DNA from: Octopus vulgaris
Taxonomy: Eukaryota
Reading direction: 5' to 3'
Length of the DNA stretch: 64,000 nt
NCBI GenBank assembly: GCA_951406725.2
Contig: OX597817.1
Coordinates: 32,798,001-32,862,000 of the forward strand
Program-made: the position numbers and the translations under genes
The notes under the pieces: model-generated
Database searches by the model: none
Told to the model about the DNA's origin: nothing
What the model saw: only the letters and a program-made list of their open reading frames with translations
In this document: one piece after another, positions 52,478-64,000 of the stretch
Position numbering within the stretch: the stretch's first letter is position 1
Layout of the letters: every line of letters begins with the position of its first letter

Positions 52478-53280
52478 GTGTGTATATTTCTTGCTGATTT
52501 CAAATGGCAAAAGACACACAAAAGTACATGTATGTATGCACACATACACACAATCACACACGCCTGCCTACTATAAACTTGTCTTCTATAATTGAGATTT
52601 TTTTTTCTATTTAGATATCAACAATCACTGCTATGTGCCATGGCTGACAATCACTGCTTTATGCTATGTAGCTCTGTCTTATTAGTCGTCTGTCTAGAAT
52701 TATAAATAATTGATAAACTATTAATAAAAAAAAGAATGTATATTAACAATAATTGCTTCTAACACAGACACAAGACTTGGAAATTGGTGAAGGGGAATAG
52801 TTGATAATAATGACTGTAGTACTTGAATGATACTTTAGTTATCAATTGTTGGAAGTTTATAGAAAACCATGAAACATAATTTCTATGGAAATTTATTATT
52901 TCTTCTTCCTGGAGTGTCTGAATCTGGTTAAAGCCCACATACGTAGAACTGATGGTGAAGTCTTTGGGGAGAACATCTTTGAAAACAGTTTTCTTTTGAT
53001 ACACTTGTCACCTCTTCTTCTACCTTGAGAGTTGTTATCTGATAGTTTTATCTCTGCATCAATAACTAAACAATCTGAGCTATGGAAAGAAATCAAAAAC
53101 ATAAATTATAATATTATTCCTCTGTTATACTAACTTGCATGTTGGTAAAGTTGTAACAAATCTTAATGGTCTGTATGATATCCTTATTTTTATATCAGAT
53201 AAAAATGCACATGACTGGATTTGAACACACAGTCCTGATGAACGAAGTACAGTAACGGCTTCACTGAGTTATGGATTTTA

Positions 53281-53483
53281 TTAACCAATTATCATTTAAA
53301 TTGGCCACATCTGGTCAAAATATTCTACTGGCCAGATCCAGCCTCTCACACCTATTCCAAAATGTCATTCTAAAAATAAACAATCATATGATCATCTCAA
53401 AGCTATGAGGAAATGCATGATTAATTCGAAACAATGTGAATAAAAGGCAATACATTTGACAGCATAATGAATGCTAAAAGTAA
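53281..53483. mobile_element. MITE family F, degenerate
   Basis: ggccagatccagcctctcacacc..gtcattctaaaaataaacaatc..gaatgctaaaag. Confidence 0.75.
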
Positions 53484-53892
53484 GAAAAAAAAAAAACCCC
53501 ACAAAAACAAAACCTATTTGTAATATAGGCACAAATGCAACTGTGTGGTCAAGAGGTTCACTTTGTAACCACTTTGGATTCTGTCCCATTGTATAGTACT
53601 TCAGGTATGTCTCTTCTTCTGTAATCTTGAGTTGACCAATACCTTGTAAGTGAAATTTAGTGGCTGGAAACTCTGCAGAAGCCCTGTCTAGTGTGTGTAT
53701 GTGTGCGTTCACATTTATTAAAATTGGCATTGTTCATAGCTTAGTGGTTTGATGAATAGATACCAGACTTAAGTACTAGGATCAATTTGGCCAACTAAAC
53801 CCTTCAAGGCAGTGTCATAACATAACCAGAGTCCAATGATTGAAACCAGTAAAAGAACACACACACACACACACACACACATACGGTTGCTT

Positions 53893-54245
53893 CATCATCA
53901 TCATCGTCATCATCATCATCACCATCATCATCGTTTAACATCCGTTTTCCATGCTAGCATGGGTTGGATGGTTCAACCAGGGTCTGGGAAGCCAGGAGGC
54001 TGCACCTGGCTCCAGTCTGATCTGGCAGTGTTTCTACAGCTGGATGCCCTTCCTAATGCCAACCACTCCGTGAGTGTAGTGGGTGCTTTGTACGTGCCAG
54101 GGGAGGCTGGCAGCGGTCATGATCGGTTGGTGCTTTTTATGTGCCACTGGCACGGAAGCCAGTTAAGGCGACGCTGACATTGGCCACGTTCAGATGGTGC
54201 TTTTTACGTGCCACCAGCACAGATATCACAACTACAATTTCCATT
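53893..54245 (-). mobile_element. Family D retroposon
   Basis: (CAT)n tail and three internal units. Preceded by an old SINE A at about 53530-53856. Confidence 0.88.
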
Positions 54246-55536
54246 TGGTTTATTAATAAAATGTTATATCCATAAAACATTATGCTTTGATTTTCATCCA
54301 TAGTTTATCAGTCTGTGAATAAATTTAAATGTGTGTAAAAGATTGTTCTCAATTTTATTCCATAGTTATAACATTACACAGAAAGACCGTAACAGTATAA
54401 TATAGACAGATAATGGTGAACATTTATAATTTTGATTATATTTAAGGTCATTAAAATTAATTCCTATGTTGAGCAAAAGAGATTAGCATAGTTATATAAT
54501 CTTAGTAACATATTGATAAAAATTTCAGATTCTCTAATGTTTTCCTTGATTACAGCAACTGAATTTGACACATAAAATAGTTGGTTTAGTATTTTGTGAA
54601 ATATTTTAGATTCTTTTGATAAAAGAATAAAAATAATTCTGTATGATGAATACAGTTTATAATTTGCTTTTGAAAGTTAACGGAAAATTGCGAAGGCTAA
54701 AAATATACATTTGAACTGGTTCCTTATATTGCTCAGAGGTAGAAAATAATTGTGAGTGTGTGTACAGATGGATGCACATGAAAGGAATACAGTTTAAAAA
54801 GTCATTCGTATATTTCCTATGTTGAAATATAATAGAGTTTTGTCTTTGCTGAATCTATTTATGGTTAACAGTAGTTTATACATAAAATTTATAACCTCTT
54901 CGGTCTAGATACTGGCCACTACTATTTCAGTTAATGTAACTACCAGTGGAAATAGTGCTACATATGACTGTTCGTTGTAAGATTGAGATCGCAAGAATTC
55001 AGTCTGCTTGTTATACTTCATGTTGTAAGTTTTTTTTGTTTTTGTTTTTTCTCTTGGCTAATGTTAATCATAATTTTGAAAAATTTCTTCATTTATGTTT
55101 CTTTTACAGATTATCTATATCGGATTAACCATTATTTTGTGCATACAGATTCTTGTTTTTTTTTTTGTTTAAATTTAAATTTTTATCTTGTCTATTAATT
55201 TCTCTACTTGTTTTTCTAGTTTAGCCCTAAGTCAGTTTTGATTGAGTAGACCCATAAAGGCTTTCCAGCCATGACCATTGTGTTTTTTTCTTTTTCTTTT
55301 CTAGACTTGATTATCCAATGTGCCTGCATCCTTTTAAAAGATAACCAGATGTATTTTAAGGGATTACTTAGCTACTTTTTATAGCAGATCAAATTACCAC
55401 ATAGAAGCATCTCCATAAATTTCCATGGTGACAATATAAATCATTTAGATTTGTCATATTACTTTTATTACCGTATCCAAATATATTCGTTACTAAAGTA
55501 TCTTAACTACTTAAGACATGGGTTTCCCAAAATGGT

Positions 55537-55946
55537 TCATCATCTGGTATTGTCTGTTCTCAGCAGATTGAATACTGTAAATTGCTACTTTGAGTTTTCT
55601 TGTGCTGTTCTTTTACATTTACTGCATTTTATGTTTGTCCAATTCTTGATGTTATCCATCCGTCTAATTCTTCGTTTACCTCTTTCTCTCTTCCTTTCAA
55701 TCATTTTTGACTTCTATTCACAGTCTCTGTAAGCCATTTTTGCTGCTGTTTTAGATTTTAGATCATTCTCTTTGATGGTGTCTAATAAAGATTTCTTACT
55801 TTCTGCCATTTTTACTACTTCATCATTGGTTTTATGTTTCATCCATGAGACTCCCAAAAGTCTTCTATATGCTCACATCTCAAAGATATGTAATCAGTCT
55901 ATTTGATAATATTTTTGTTAATGTCCATGTTTCGGCTCCATATACT
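55537..55946 (-). mobile_element. Degenerate RTE-clade LINE 3' coding relic
   Basis: Minus strand reads YGAETWTLTK..FEM*AYRRLLGVSWMKHKTNDEV..IERKRERGKRRIRRMDNIKNWT, typical of the RTE C-terminus. Confidence 0.8.
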
Positions 55947-55959
55947 TTAGGGTACCATA

Positions 55960-56182
55960 CATAACTCCCATGACTTTCGGAAACATTTTTTCATGCTCAG
56001 AGTTGCTGAAGCATGGAATAAACTGCCTGCGTCAGTTGTTGACTGCCATGACACTGCATCCTTTAAGGCCCTCATGCTTTCCGAAATCCGCCGAAACTAC
56101 ACCTGATTATATATTCACTTTAGATGAGTTGTAGTGCACCTGAGTACTGTACACAATTATTATTATTATTATTATTATTATT
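55960..56182 (+). mobile_element. 5'-truncated CR1-clade LINE 3' end
   Basis: Reads HNSHDFRKHFFMLRVAEAWNKLPASVVDCHDTASFKALMLSEIRRNYT* (stop ends 56106; FFxxRVxxxWNxLP motif), then a short UTR and an (ATT)n tail. Confidence 0.88.
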
Positions 56183-56359
56183 TTATATTATTATCATAAC
56201 CAAAAAATACGGTTGCTCTTCTTCATACTTACTCTTATCTCAAATGTACCATATCCTATTGTGTCGTAACATTCTTGTCTGCTGGTTGTGTTGATTGTTT
56301 TGATATTGTTTTAGAATATGAATAAAAAAAAGAAAAAAAAGAACAAATTTTATATCACA

Positions 56360-56755
56360 GGTACGGGCATGGCCATGTGGTTGAGCAGCTCACTTTGCAA
56401 CCATGTGGTTCTGGGTTCAGTCCCACAGCATAATATGTGGAGCAAAAAAGTGTCTGTCCTGAGCCGACCAGTGCCTTGTGTATAAATTTGGTTGAAGGAA
56501 ACTACATGGAAGCCTATAGTGTATGTGTGTGTGTGTGTTTGACACCTCTGCCACTGCTTGACAACTGATGCTTGTTTGTTAATGTCTCCATAACTTAGTC
56601 ATTAGCAAGAAAGACTTACAGAATAAATAGCAGACACTAAAAAAAAAGAAAAGAAAAAAGAAGTCCTGGGGCGTCAATTTGTTTGTCTAAACCTTCCAAG
56701 ATAGTGCTCCAGTATGGCACAGTCCAATGACTGAGACAAGTAAAAGAAACAAGAT
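56360..56755 (+). mobile_element. Old SINE family A
   Basis: Degenerate full layout. Confidence 0.75.
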
Positions 56756-56871
56756 CTAAGTAAATTTAGTTATTGTTATTGAAAGATGATTTCAATAATT
56801 AAGGAATTGTCCACTGGTTGTTAGAACTACTCTCAAAATTCTTTTAATCCTTTAGCATTCAGATTACTTCG

Positions 56872-57097
56872 TTAACCCTTTCGTTACTGTATTTATTTTG
56901 AGATACTCTTTTCTTTCAATTACTTTAAATGTAACAAAGAATTTAGTAAAATGACTTAGTTATCGTTCAGCTAGTGTTAGGAACATAAATTGTGACTAAG
57001 GTTTGGTGGAAAATTTTAATTCAAAACTTATGAAAACAAGACATTTGTACTACAGAGCCAGAGCTGGTTTCAGCCGGGTTGGTAATGAAAGGGTTAA
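56872..57097. mobile_element. MITE family E inserted in the left end of an F relic (from 56844)
   Basis: TTAA-CCCTTTCGTTAC..GTAATGAAAGGG-TTAA; preceded by ttaatcctttagcattcagattac. Confidence 0.9.
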
Positions 57098-57627
57098 ATG
57101 TATGAAGGAGTGCTGAAAAGTTTCTGGCTTTAAGGGTATTGCACCAGCACCCAGAGTACTTGCAGGCATTTTTAATTCTGTGATCATATCGGTAAGATTA
57201 TTGATTTTCATTTATCTTCTAACTTCATAAAAAAAAAAAAACAACATTGATATAATAATTAGTTTTATAAGAAAATTTAAGAGATTAAATGATGATAATA
57301 ATAAAAAGAATGTTATTAATGGGCTATTGTTAAATGAATTGAAATAGATTTCAAGCGATAACCATGTTGTTCTACATGTTGATCTAATTCGTGTCTGTAA
57401 AGTAATTCTTCTATTATTAATAAGAATAGAGAAAGATAGCTGTCTGTCATTTTTTTTGTCATTTGTTCTCCTTGTAACAGCTTTTATCTTGTTTCTTAAA
57501 TCTGATACAATTAATTGTAGCAATCTTCAGACATTTACTATAAACTCCTAATGTAGTTAACATACTTGTTGTTTATAGAACATAAGTTTACATAGAGAAA
57601 GCTTAAGTTATTGTCACATGAATTTAT

Positions 57628-57665
<38 letters not shown>

Positions 57666-58191
57666 TCAAAGGCTGCTGTCATGGTGATATCTTGTTACTA
57701 ATTCTGTGTCATAATTCCCAACAATGAGTTGAATGCAAGAGAAGAAAATCTGTGCAGGTCAAGGCTGATGATACTTTAAGAATAGTGGTTTTCTATAAAC
57801 AGCAGGTAAAAGAACAATTTCTTGTCAGTTGAAATAGCTGGCAAATTATATTACAATACAATAATAATAATATTGATATCTTGCCAATGGCAAGAGAAGA
57901 ATCTCAATTGGGTATTCATTAAAATCTTGTCTCATTTTAAACAACCATTGAATCAGCTGATCAATATTTTCAAAAATTCACACTTTTTGGTTATTTGTTT
58001 CACCATATGCTATCTTTAAAAACTAATATTTTGTGGAAGTTATCTCCAATTCAGGAAAAGATTGTCCTTTATGTTGATTGATTAGAGAAGTACAAATATA
58101 TTGTCTGAGACAGAGGTTGTGGAGATTAAGGTCAATCTATTGAATTATGTTTCAAGCTTTCTTTCCATATTAAATTAACAATATTGTCAAT

Positions 58192-58563
58192 TATTACCCC
58201 CATCTTAGTGAAGGTGGAGGTATTGTTTTCAGTCATGTTTGTTTGTTTGTTTATCTGTGGACAAAATATCTCAAGAACTGCTGGATGGATTCGAATGAAA
58301 CTTTCAAGGATGTTTGGCCTCGTGACTAGCATGAACTGATTAGATTTTGGGATCGATCCACTACTGGACAAAGCTTCTGGATTAGTTTTCCGGTTTTTAA
58401 AATTAATTTTTGAGAGTGGTCAGGTTTATTTTTAGTATTCTCATTTGTGAGAGCAGTCGAGTTTATTTCAAATATTCTCATTTTAAAAATCATTTCTGAC
58501 TAATTATTGAGAGGACATTGGTGTTGCTTTGGCAGAAGTTTGCACTCTCTGAGCCTCTTATTT
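58192..58563 (+). mobile_element. Non-autonomous Helentron/DINE-1-like element
   Basis: 5' subterminal repeat ttacccccatc with nearby inverted ggtggaggta, a (GTTT)n tract, and a 3' ggcagaagt followed by a decayed hairpin gcactctctgagcc and a T-rich end. Confidence 0.65.
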
Positions 58564-59861
58564 CTAAATAAATTTGTTTTTCTTGTATAGTGTTTAAAAT
58601 TAGATGCATTTTATTTTGCATAAACATTGTAACTTTTTGTAAATTGGAATACATGTAATTAGAGCAAAAATAATCCCTATCTTGCACTAGGCTATTTTTT
58701 TTATGGTTGTACCAAATATAACCTGGCAAAGCTTGAGCTTTTATGGCTTGAAGAGGAGTTTATGACAAATCTCCAGCTGCTTGTTGCATTCTTTAATTGC
58801 TATCAGAACTTATTTTCATTAACTGCTTTAATAAGAACTCTTCACTCTTTTGGGATACAAGGCAGCCTTGTTAGCACTGGTGTCACAGTAAAATGCTTCC
58901 AGTACACTGTAATGTGATTGTTAAAGAAGTGGTGATAACATAGTACCAAGAGGATTCTTTAGTCTTACTGAGGAACATGACAACCTCTCTTGTGTTGGTG
59001 CAATGATAAAATAATAGCAGTACACTTTACTCTTTACTCGGTGATTTAGAAAGGTATCTGTCTGTGGCTGGTGTTAAAGATATCCAACTGAAGAAACCAT
59101 GCCAAAAATTAGAACGTATAAGTGGTCCTCATACCTGTTGAGGAGGGCAGTAAAACTGAATATGAACTGAGTTGAACTGTGAGGCTTTAAGATGTCAGCA
59201 CGGAAGGTGGATACAAATGTTGATGAGATGTTGATGGTTTTGATAGGTGAGTGAGACACTTGTGTTGATCTGGATATGGGGATACAACAGACGATTAAAT
59301 CACTGGCTTTCGGTTGCTAGGACAACTACCAACCAAAAACTAGACAGAAAGACCACAAGTGCATTATCTAAGTCTTAATAGCGATAGTTTTTGCTTAAGA
59401 ACTAATAACGAATAGCGGATATGTTGAGAGAGGAAGCAATTCTGTGAACCATCCAACTTGTGCCAATAACTGTTGCTACAACTGATGCTGTTTGGTAGCA
59501 ATGATGAGAAGAACAATGATGTAATATAGATTATGGCATTTCTTTTCCTTTTATGATTATGTTCTTTTATTAAGGGAAAAAGTATATCTGACTACGTACT
59601 GAAAGGATATGTGAGTATACGATGCTCTTCCTGTTGCGATCATTGTATACCTCCTGTAGCATATCTATAATTGGTTTTTAGTCTGTATTGCTATTATGAG
59701 ATTTCCTTCCTTGCTTCTAGAGGTTTGGAGTAATATTTTTCTTCTTCTGTTTGTGGACAACAAGTTCTGAGCAAGCTGAAATTCCCAGCCTGCATTACTT
59801 CTTTGCTCTTGGAAGGTCTTGGGAATATCTATGTGTGAGTCTACGTACCTTGGGATTTTGT

Positions 59862-59880
59862 TTGTATGTGTGTGTGTGTG

Positions 59881-59972
<92 letters not shown>
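59862..59972. repeat. (TG)n(TA)n microsatellite
   Basis: Directly visible. Confidence 0.95.
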
Positions 59973-59976
<4 letters not shown>

Positions 59977-60123
59977 ATATCCAAACAAGAAAGCACAAAA
60001 AAATACAACAATGCGAGGATGTGGAACAAATATAGTATTATTGGACGCTCAGGATAGAAGGAGGGCTTAACATTTCGAGCGGAGCTCTTCGTCGGAAACA
60101 TAGGAGAAGGAAAGATCCAGAGA
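59972..60123 (-). mobile_element. Penelope-like fragment with hammerhead-like core
   Basis: Minus strand CCGACGA-A-GAGC-tcc-GCTC-GAAATGTTA (60068-60095); related to 11046-11221. Confidence 0.6.
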
Positions 60124-60495
60124 TTTGTGTATGTATACACACACATGGACTTTTAACTTTTATTATTCTCTTAGTCTTCTGACTGCCCATGCTGGGGCGC
60201 TGCCTTGAAAGATTTATCCTATCAAATCAACCCCAGTGCTTATTTTAAGTCTGGTGCTTATTCTATTGGTCTCTTTTAGCTAGACTGCTAAGTCACAAGG
60301 ATAAATACAAAGCAATACTGGTTGGCAAATGATGAGAATCAAACACAAGCACACAGGTATGTGCATGCGTATACATACATTATGGGCTTCTACAATATTG
60401 TTATCTACCAAATTCGCTAACCAGTCATTGGTCTGTCTTGGGTCATAGAAGAAGATACTTGTCCAAGGTTCTGCTCATTGGTACTGGACCCTAAA

Positions 60496-60728
60496 AAGGC
60501 AGTGAGCTGGCAGAAACGTTAGCGCGCTGGGCGAAATGCTTAGCGGTATTTCATCTGCCGCTACGTTCTGAGTTCGAATTCCGCCGAGGTCGACTTTGCC
60601 TTTCATCCTTTCGGGGTCGATTAAAGAAGTACCAGTTACGCACTGGGGTCGATATAATCGACTTAATCCGTTTGTCCGTCCTTGTTTGTCCTCTCTGTGT
60701 TTAGCCCCTTGTGGGTAGTAAAGAAATA
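60496..60728 (+). mobile_element. SINE family B, young, 16-bp TSD, inside an old minus-strand SINE A (about 60150-60782)
   Basis: GGTACTGGACCCTAAA at 60480-60495 and 60729-60744; CpG-rich. Confidence 0.92.
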
Positions 60729-62194
60729 GGTACTGGACCCTAAACCATGTGATTTCAGAGTAAACTTCTTAACCATACAGTCAAGAAATTGTTTTCTGTT
60801 TTATTTGCTCTTTTTCCTCACTTCTCTCTCAGGCATACATCTGTCGTTCAGCTTCATAGAATTATTTATAAAAGATAGCTGCTACTACCTGTTCCAATCC
60901 CTAGTTCACAGCAGTATTTGTTGAATCTCCTTGGATTGTTGGATTATAAAATTGTATTGATATTTCTCTTTATCTTTCTGGCATTCACTTTTGCTTTGAA
61001 ATCACTGGAGTGGTTTCTTAACGTATAATCGCTCCTTGGTTGTCGGATGGGGCTATATCTAAAGATTTTTATAGATATAACATTCTTCTAATAAAAGCTG
61101 CAAACCTATTTGCACTTGAAAACCTGATTTGTGTGCATACCTTTCTCTAAAGTAAAATTCCTCCATACCTGCACTTATTCCAACTATATCAATCTGTCTT
61201 TTATCATTTTGCATTTCTATCTTGAGTTTGACGTGTACAGTAATTCTCATATTCCATGAATATTTTAAGCTACCCTCCTTTTTTTTTTTTTTTGTCAAAA
61301 TATAATCATCTGTTATATAATTGGTTGTGAACACATGCAGATGTTGAAAACATCAACAAAAATATCAGGTAGCTGGTGAAAGAGAAGAAAAAAAAAATTG
61401 ATAATCACCTGGGGAATGAATTAAAAAATCAGTTTTCTGTGTAATTATTTCCAGTTATTAATGGTGTCACAACCATACAGAAAGTGTTTTAAGTGGATCA
61501 GCAAAGATTTTAACACTATTTTTGTTAATTACCCTATGAACTACTGCCTTCAAAGAGGGGGACAAGTTTTATTTATTGAAAATAACTTAACAGAAGAGAA
61601 AGCAATTTGTGACATCATGTTAAAAGAATTGTGTGTGGGGTGTTTAAATTAGCAAAAAAGACAAACAAAAAAAAAAACCCCAAAAAAGGGGGTTGACAAA
61701 GCTAGAGATGAGAACAATAGGTAGTGAATAAATTTTAAAAAATGGCCCACAGAAGGCAGGAAATATTTATCAAAGATAGAGGAGATGCAAAAGATTTAAC
61801 ACAAGGAAAGTAGACAGCTTAATCAGAGGTGATGTGCATCATCACCCTTGCACAGTCATTTATGGCATTGATCATAAAAGGTTATTGTTCTCTGATCATT
61901 GCAAGGGAGATGATGACACGTGTGTGTGTGTGTGTGTTTGTGTGTGTGTAAAGGGGGAGAGAGAGATGGGTTGGGCAGAGAGATAAAAACAGTTGGAGAA
62001 AGGGGGGAAAAACAAAACTGAGTTATTTGTCATTATTGTGTCAATTTAGGAAATTTCCTCAGAAATTTTGTTACATTCCATACTCATACAATTTCTAAAA
62101 GGGTATCTATTGGTCTTTAGAATATTCCTTAGAGTTATTCTTTGGTTTTAGATAAAAGATTAAACTACTATATCTTTTTTTTTACATTCTTTCA

Positions 62195-62584
62195 TTTTTT
62201 TCATTTGTTTCAGTCATTTGACTGCGCCCATGCTGGAGCACCGCTTTTTAGTTGAGCAAATCGACCCCAGGACTTGTTCTTTGTAAGCCTAGTACTTATT
62301 CTATCGGTGTCTTTTGCAGAACTGTTAAGTTATAGGAATGCAAACACACCAACATCAGTTGTCAAGTGATAGTAGGGCAACAAACACAGACACACAAACA
62401 TATACATGTGCACACACACACACACATGATGGGCTTCTTTCAGTTTCCGTCTACCAAATCTACTCACATGTCTTTGGTCAGCCCAAGGCTATAGTAGAAG
62501 ACACTTACCCAAGGTGCCACACAGTAGGACTGAATCCTCAACCATGTGGTTTGTAAGCAAGCTACTTACCACACAGCCACTCCC
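62195..62584 (-). mobile_element. SINE family A
   Basis: Family A pattern on the minus strand. Confidence 0.88.
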
Positions 62585-62631
62585 CCCAAACAAAAGAATT
62601 ACAAAATCCAATATTAAAGATAAAAAAAAAA

Positions 62632-63005
62632 TGTAGCTGTGTGGTAAGAGGTTTGCTTCCCAACCATATGGATCCAGGTTCAGTTCCACTGTGTGACATC
62701 TGGAGCCAGTGTCTTCTATAGCTCCTGGTCAACCAAAGCCTTGTGAGTGGATTTGATAGATGGAAACTGAAAGAAGTCCATCATGTGTGTGTCTGTGTGT
62801 ATATATATACATATTTTTGTCCCCCACCACCACTTGACATGTGGTGTTAGTTTGTTTACATCCCTGTAACTTAGCAGTTCAGGAAAAACCGATAGAATAA
62901 GTACCAGACTTAGAAAAAAATAAATACTGAGGTTGATTTGGTCAACTAAACTCTTCAAAGCAGTGCTCCAGCATGGCTGCAGTTTAATGACTGCAACAAG
63001 TAAAA
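62632..63005 (+). mobile_element. SINE family A, older, head-to-head with the previous copy
   Basis: Family A pattern on the plus strand. Confidence 0.85.
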
Positions 63006-63290
63006 CACACAGGAAGAAACTGATATGCTTTCTATCTTTTGACCTTCCAATTAAAAATAACATCAAAAAAGGATTTAGGTTCCATCTAAAATTTTAAAAT
63101 TTCATTCTAGTTATTATCAATGTTAAAGATATGTATAATTGCAAGTAGTTAATACTTATGGAGTCTAAGATAAGCATTGATCAGAATACTTGCATTTCTT
63201 CATATCTTGTAAAGTAGGTTCTTCAAAGAGGATTTTGTTGCTTTGATTGTTTGGTATTATATCTATGTACATATCTATGTGATTATTAAA

Positions 63291-63644
<354 letters not shown>

Positions 63645-63654
63645 GTATGTATAT

Positions 63655-63987
63655 TCCTTTACTCTTTTACTTGTTTCAGTCATTTGACTGTGGCCATGCT
63701 GGAGCACCACCTTTAGTCAAGCAAATTGACCCCAGGACTTATTCTTTGTAAGTCTAGTACTTATTCTATCAGTCTCTTTTGCCAAACCGCTAAGTTACGG
63801 GGACGTAAACACACCAGCATTGGTTGTGAAGCGATGTTGGAGGAACAAGCACAGACACACAACCATATATATATATATATACACATATATATGACGGGCT
63901 TCTTTCAGTTTCTGTCTACCAAATCCACTCACAAGGCTTTAGTTGGCCTGAAGCTATAATAGAAGACACTTGCCCAAGGTGCCATGC
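63655..63987 (-). mobile_element. SINE family A lacking most of the head
   Basis: From the tail to ttgcccaaggtgccatgca. Confidence 0.88.
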
Positions 63988-64000
63988 AATAAATATATAT

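Noticed and set aside
52759-53102. Non-repetitive ORFs of 68-81 aa
   Set aside because: No recognisable motif and no convincing splice pair.
53233-53260. CTGATGA hammerhead start
   Set aside because: No stem II or GAAA follows.

Overview
Eukaryotic, very AT-rich, microsatellite- and SINE-dense DNA. The repeat families look like octopus/coleoid cephalopod repeats; that assignment is from memory and was not searched. The only host coding sequence I can support is one 84-nt + strand exon (23919-24002) encoding xQGELSTCWYILLSGSVFIEGSMFLPRS(S). It matches the N-terminal cyclic-nucleotide-binding-like region of RAPGEF2/RAPGEF6 (PDZ-GEF), so the window is probably two very long introns of that gene. 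The rest is layered mobile DNA. Family letters are my own labels. It includes a tRNA/CORE-type SINE (A, about 30 full or half copies), two other tRNA-headed SINEs with clear TSDs (B, C), a (GAT)n-tailed retroposon with internal 67-bp hairpin repeats (D), two TTAA-flanked piggyBac-type MITEs (E, F), hAT-type MITEs (G), a Helentron-like non-autonomous element, Penelope-like fragments with hammerhead-like cores, and CR1 and RTE LINE relics. I recognise none of the supplied ORFs as a gene; most come from microsatellites or repeats. I found no convincing new multi-gene system. The best leads are piggyBac MITEs nesting into each other at near-cognate sites, large hairpin-forming repeat arrangements in the pre-mRNA, hammerhead-like motifs, and SINE module swapping at an internal microsatellite.
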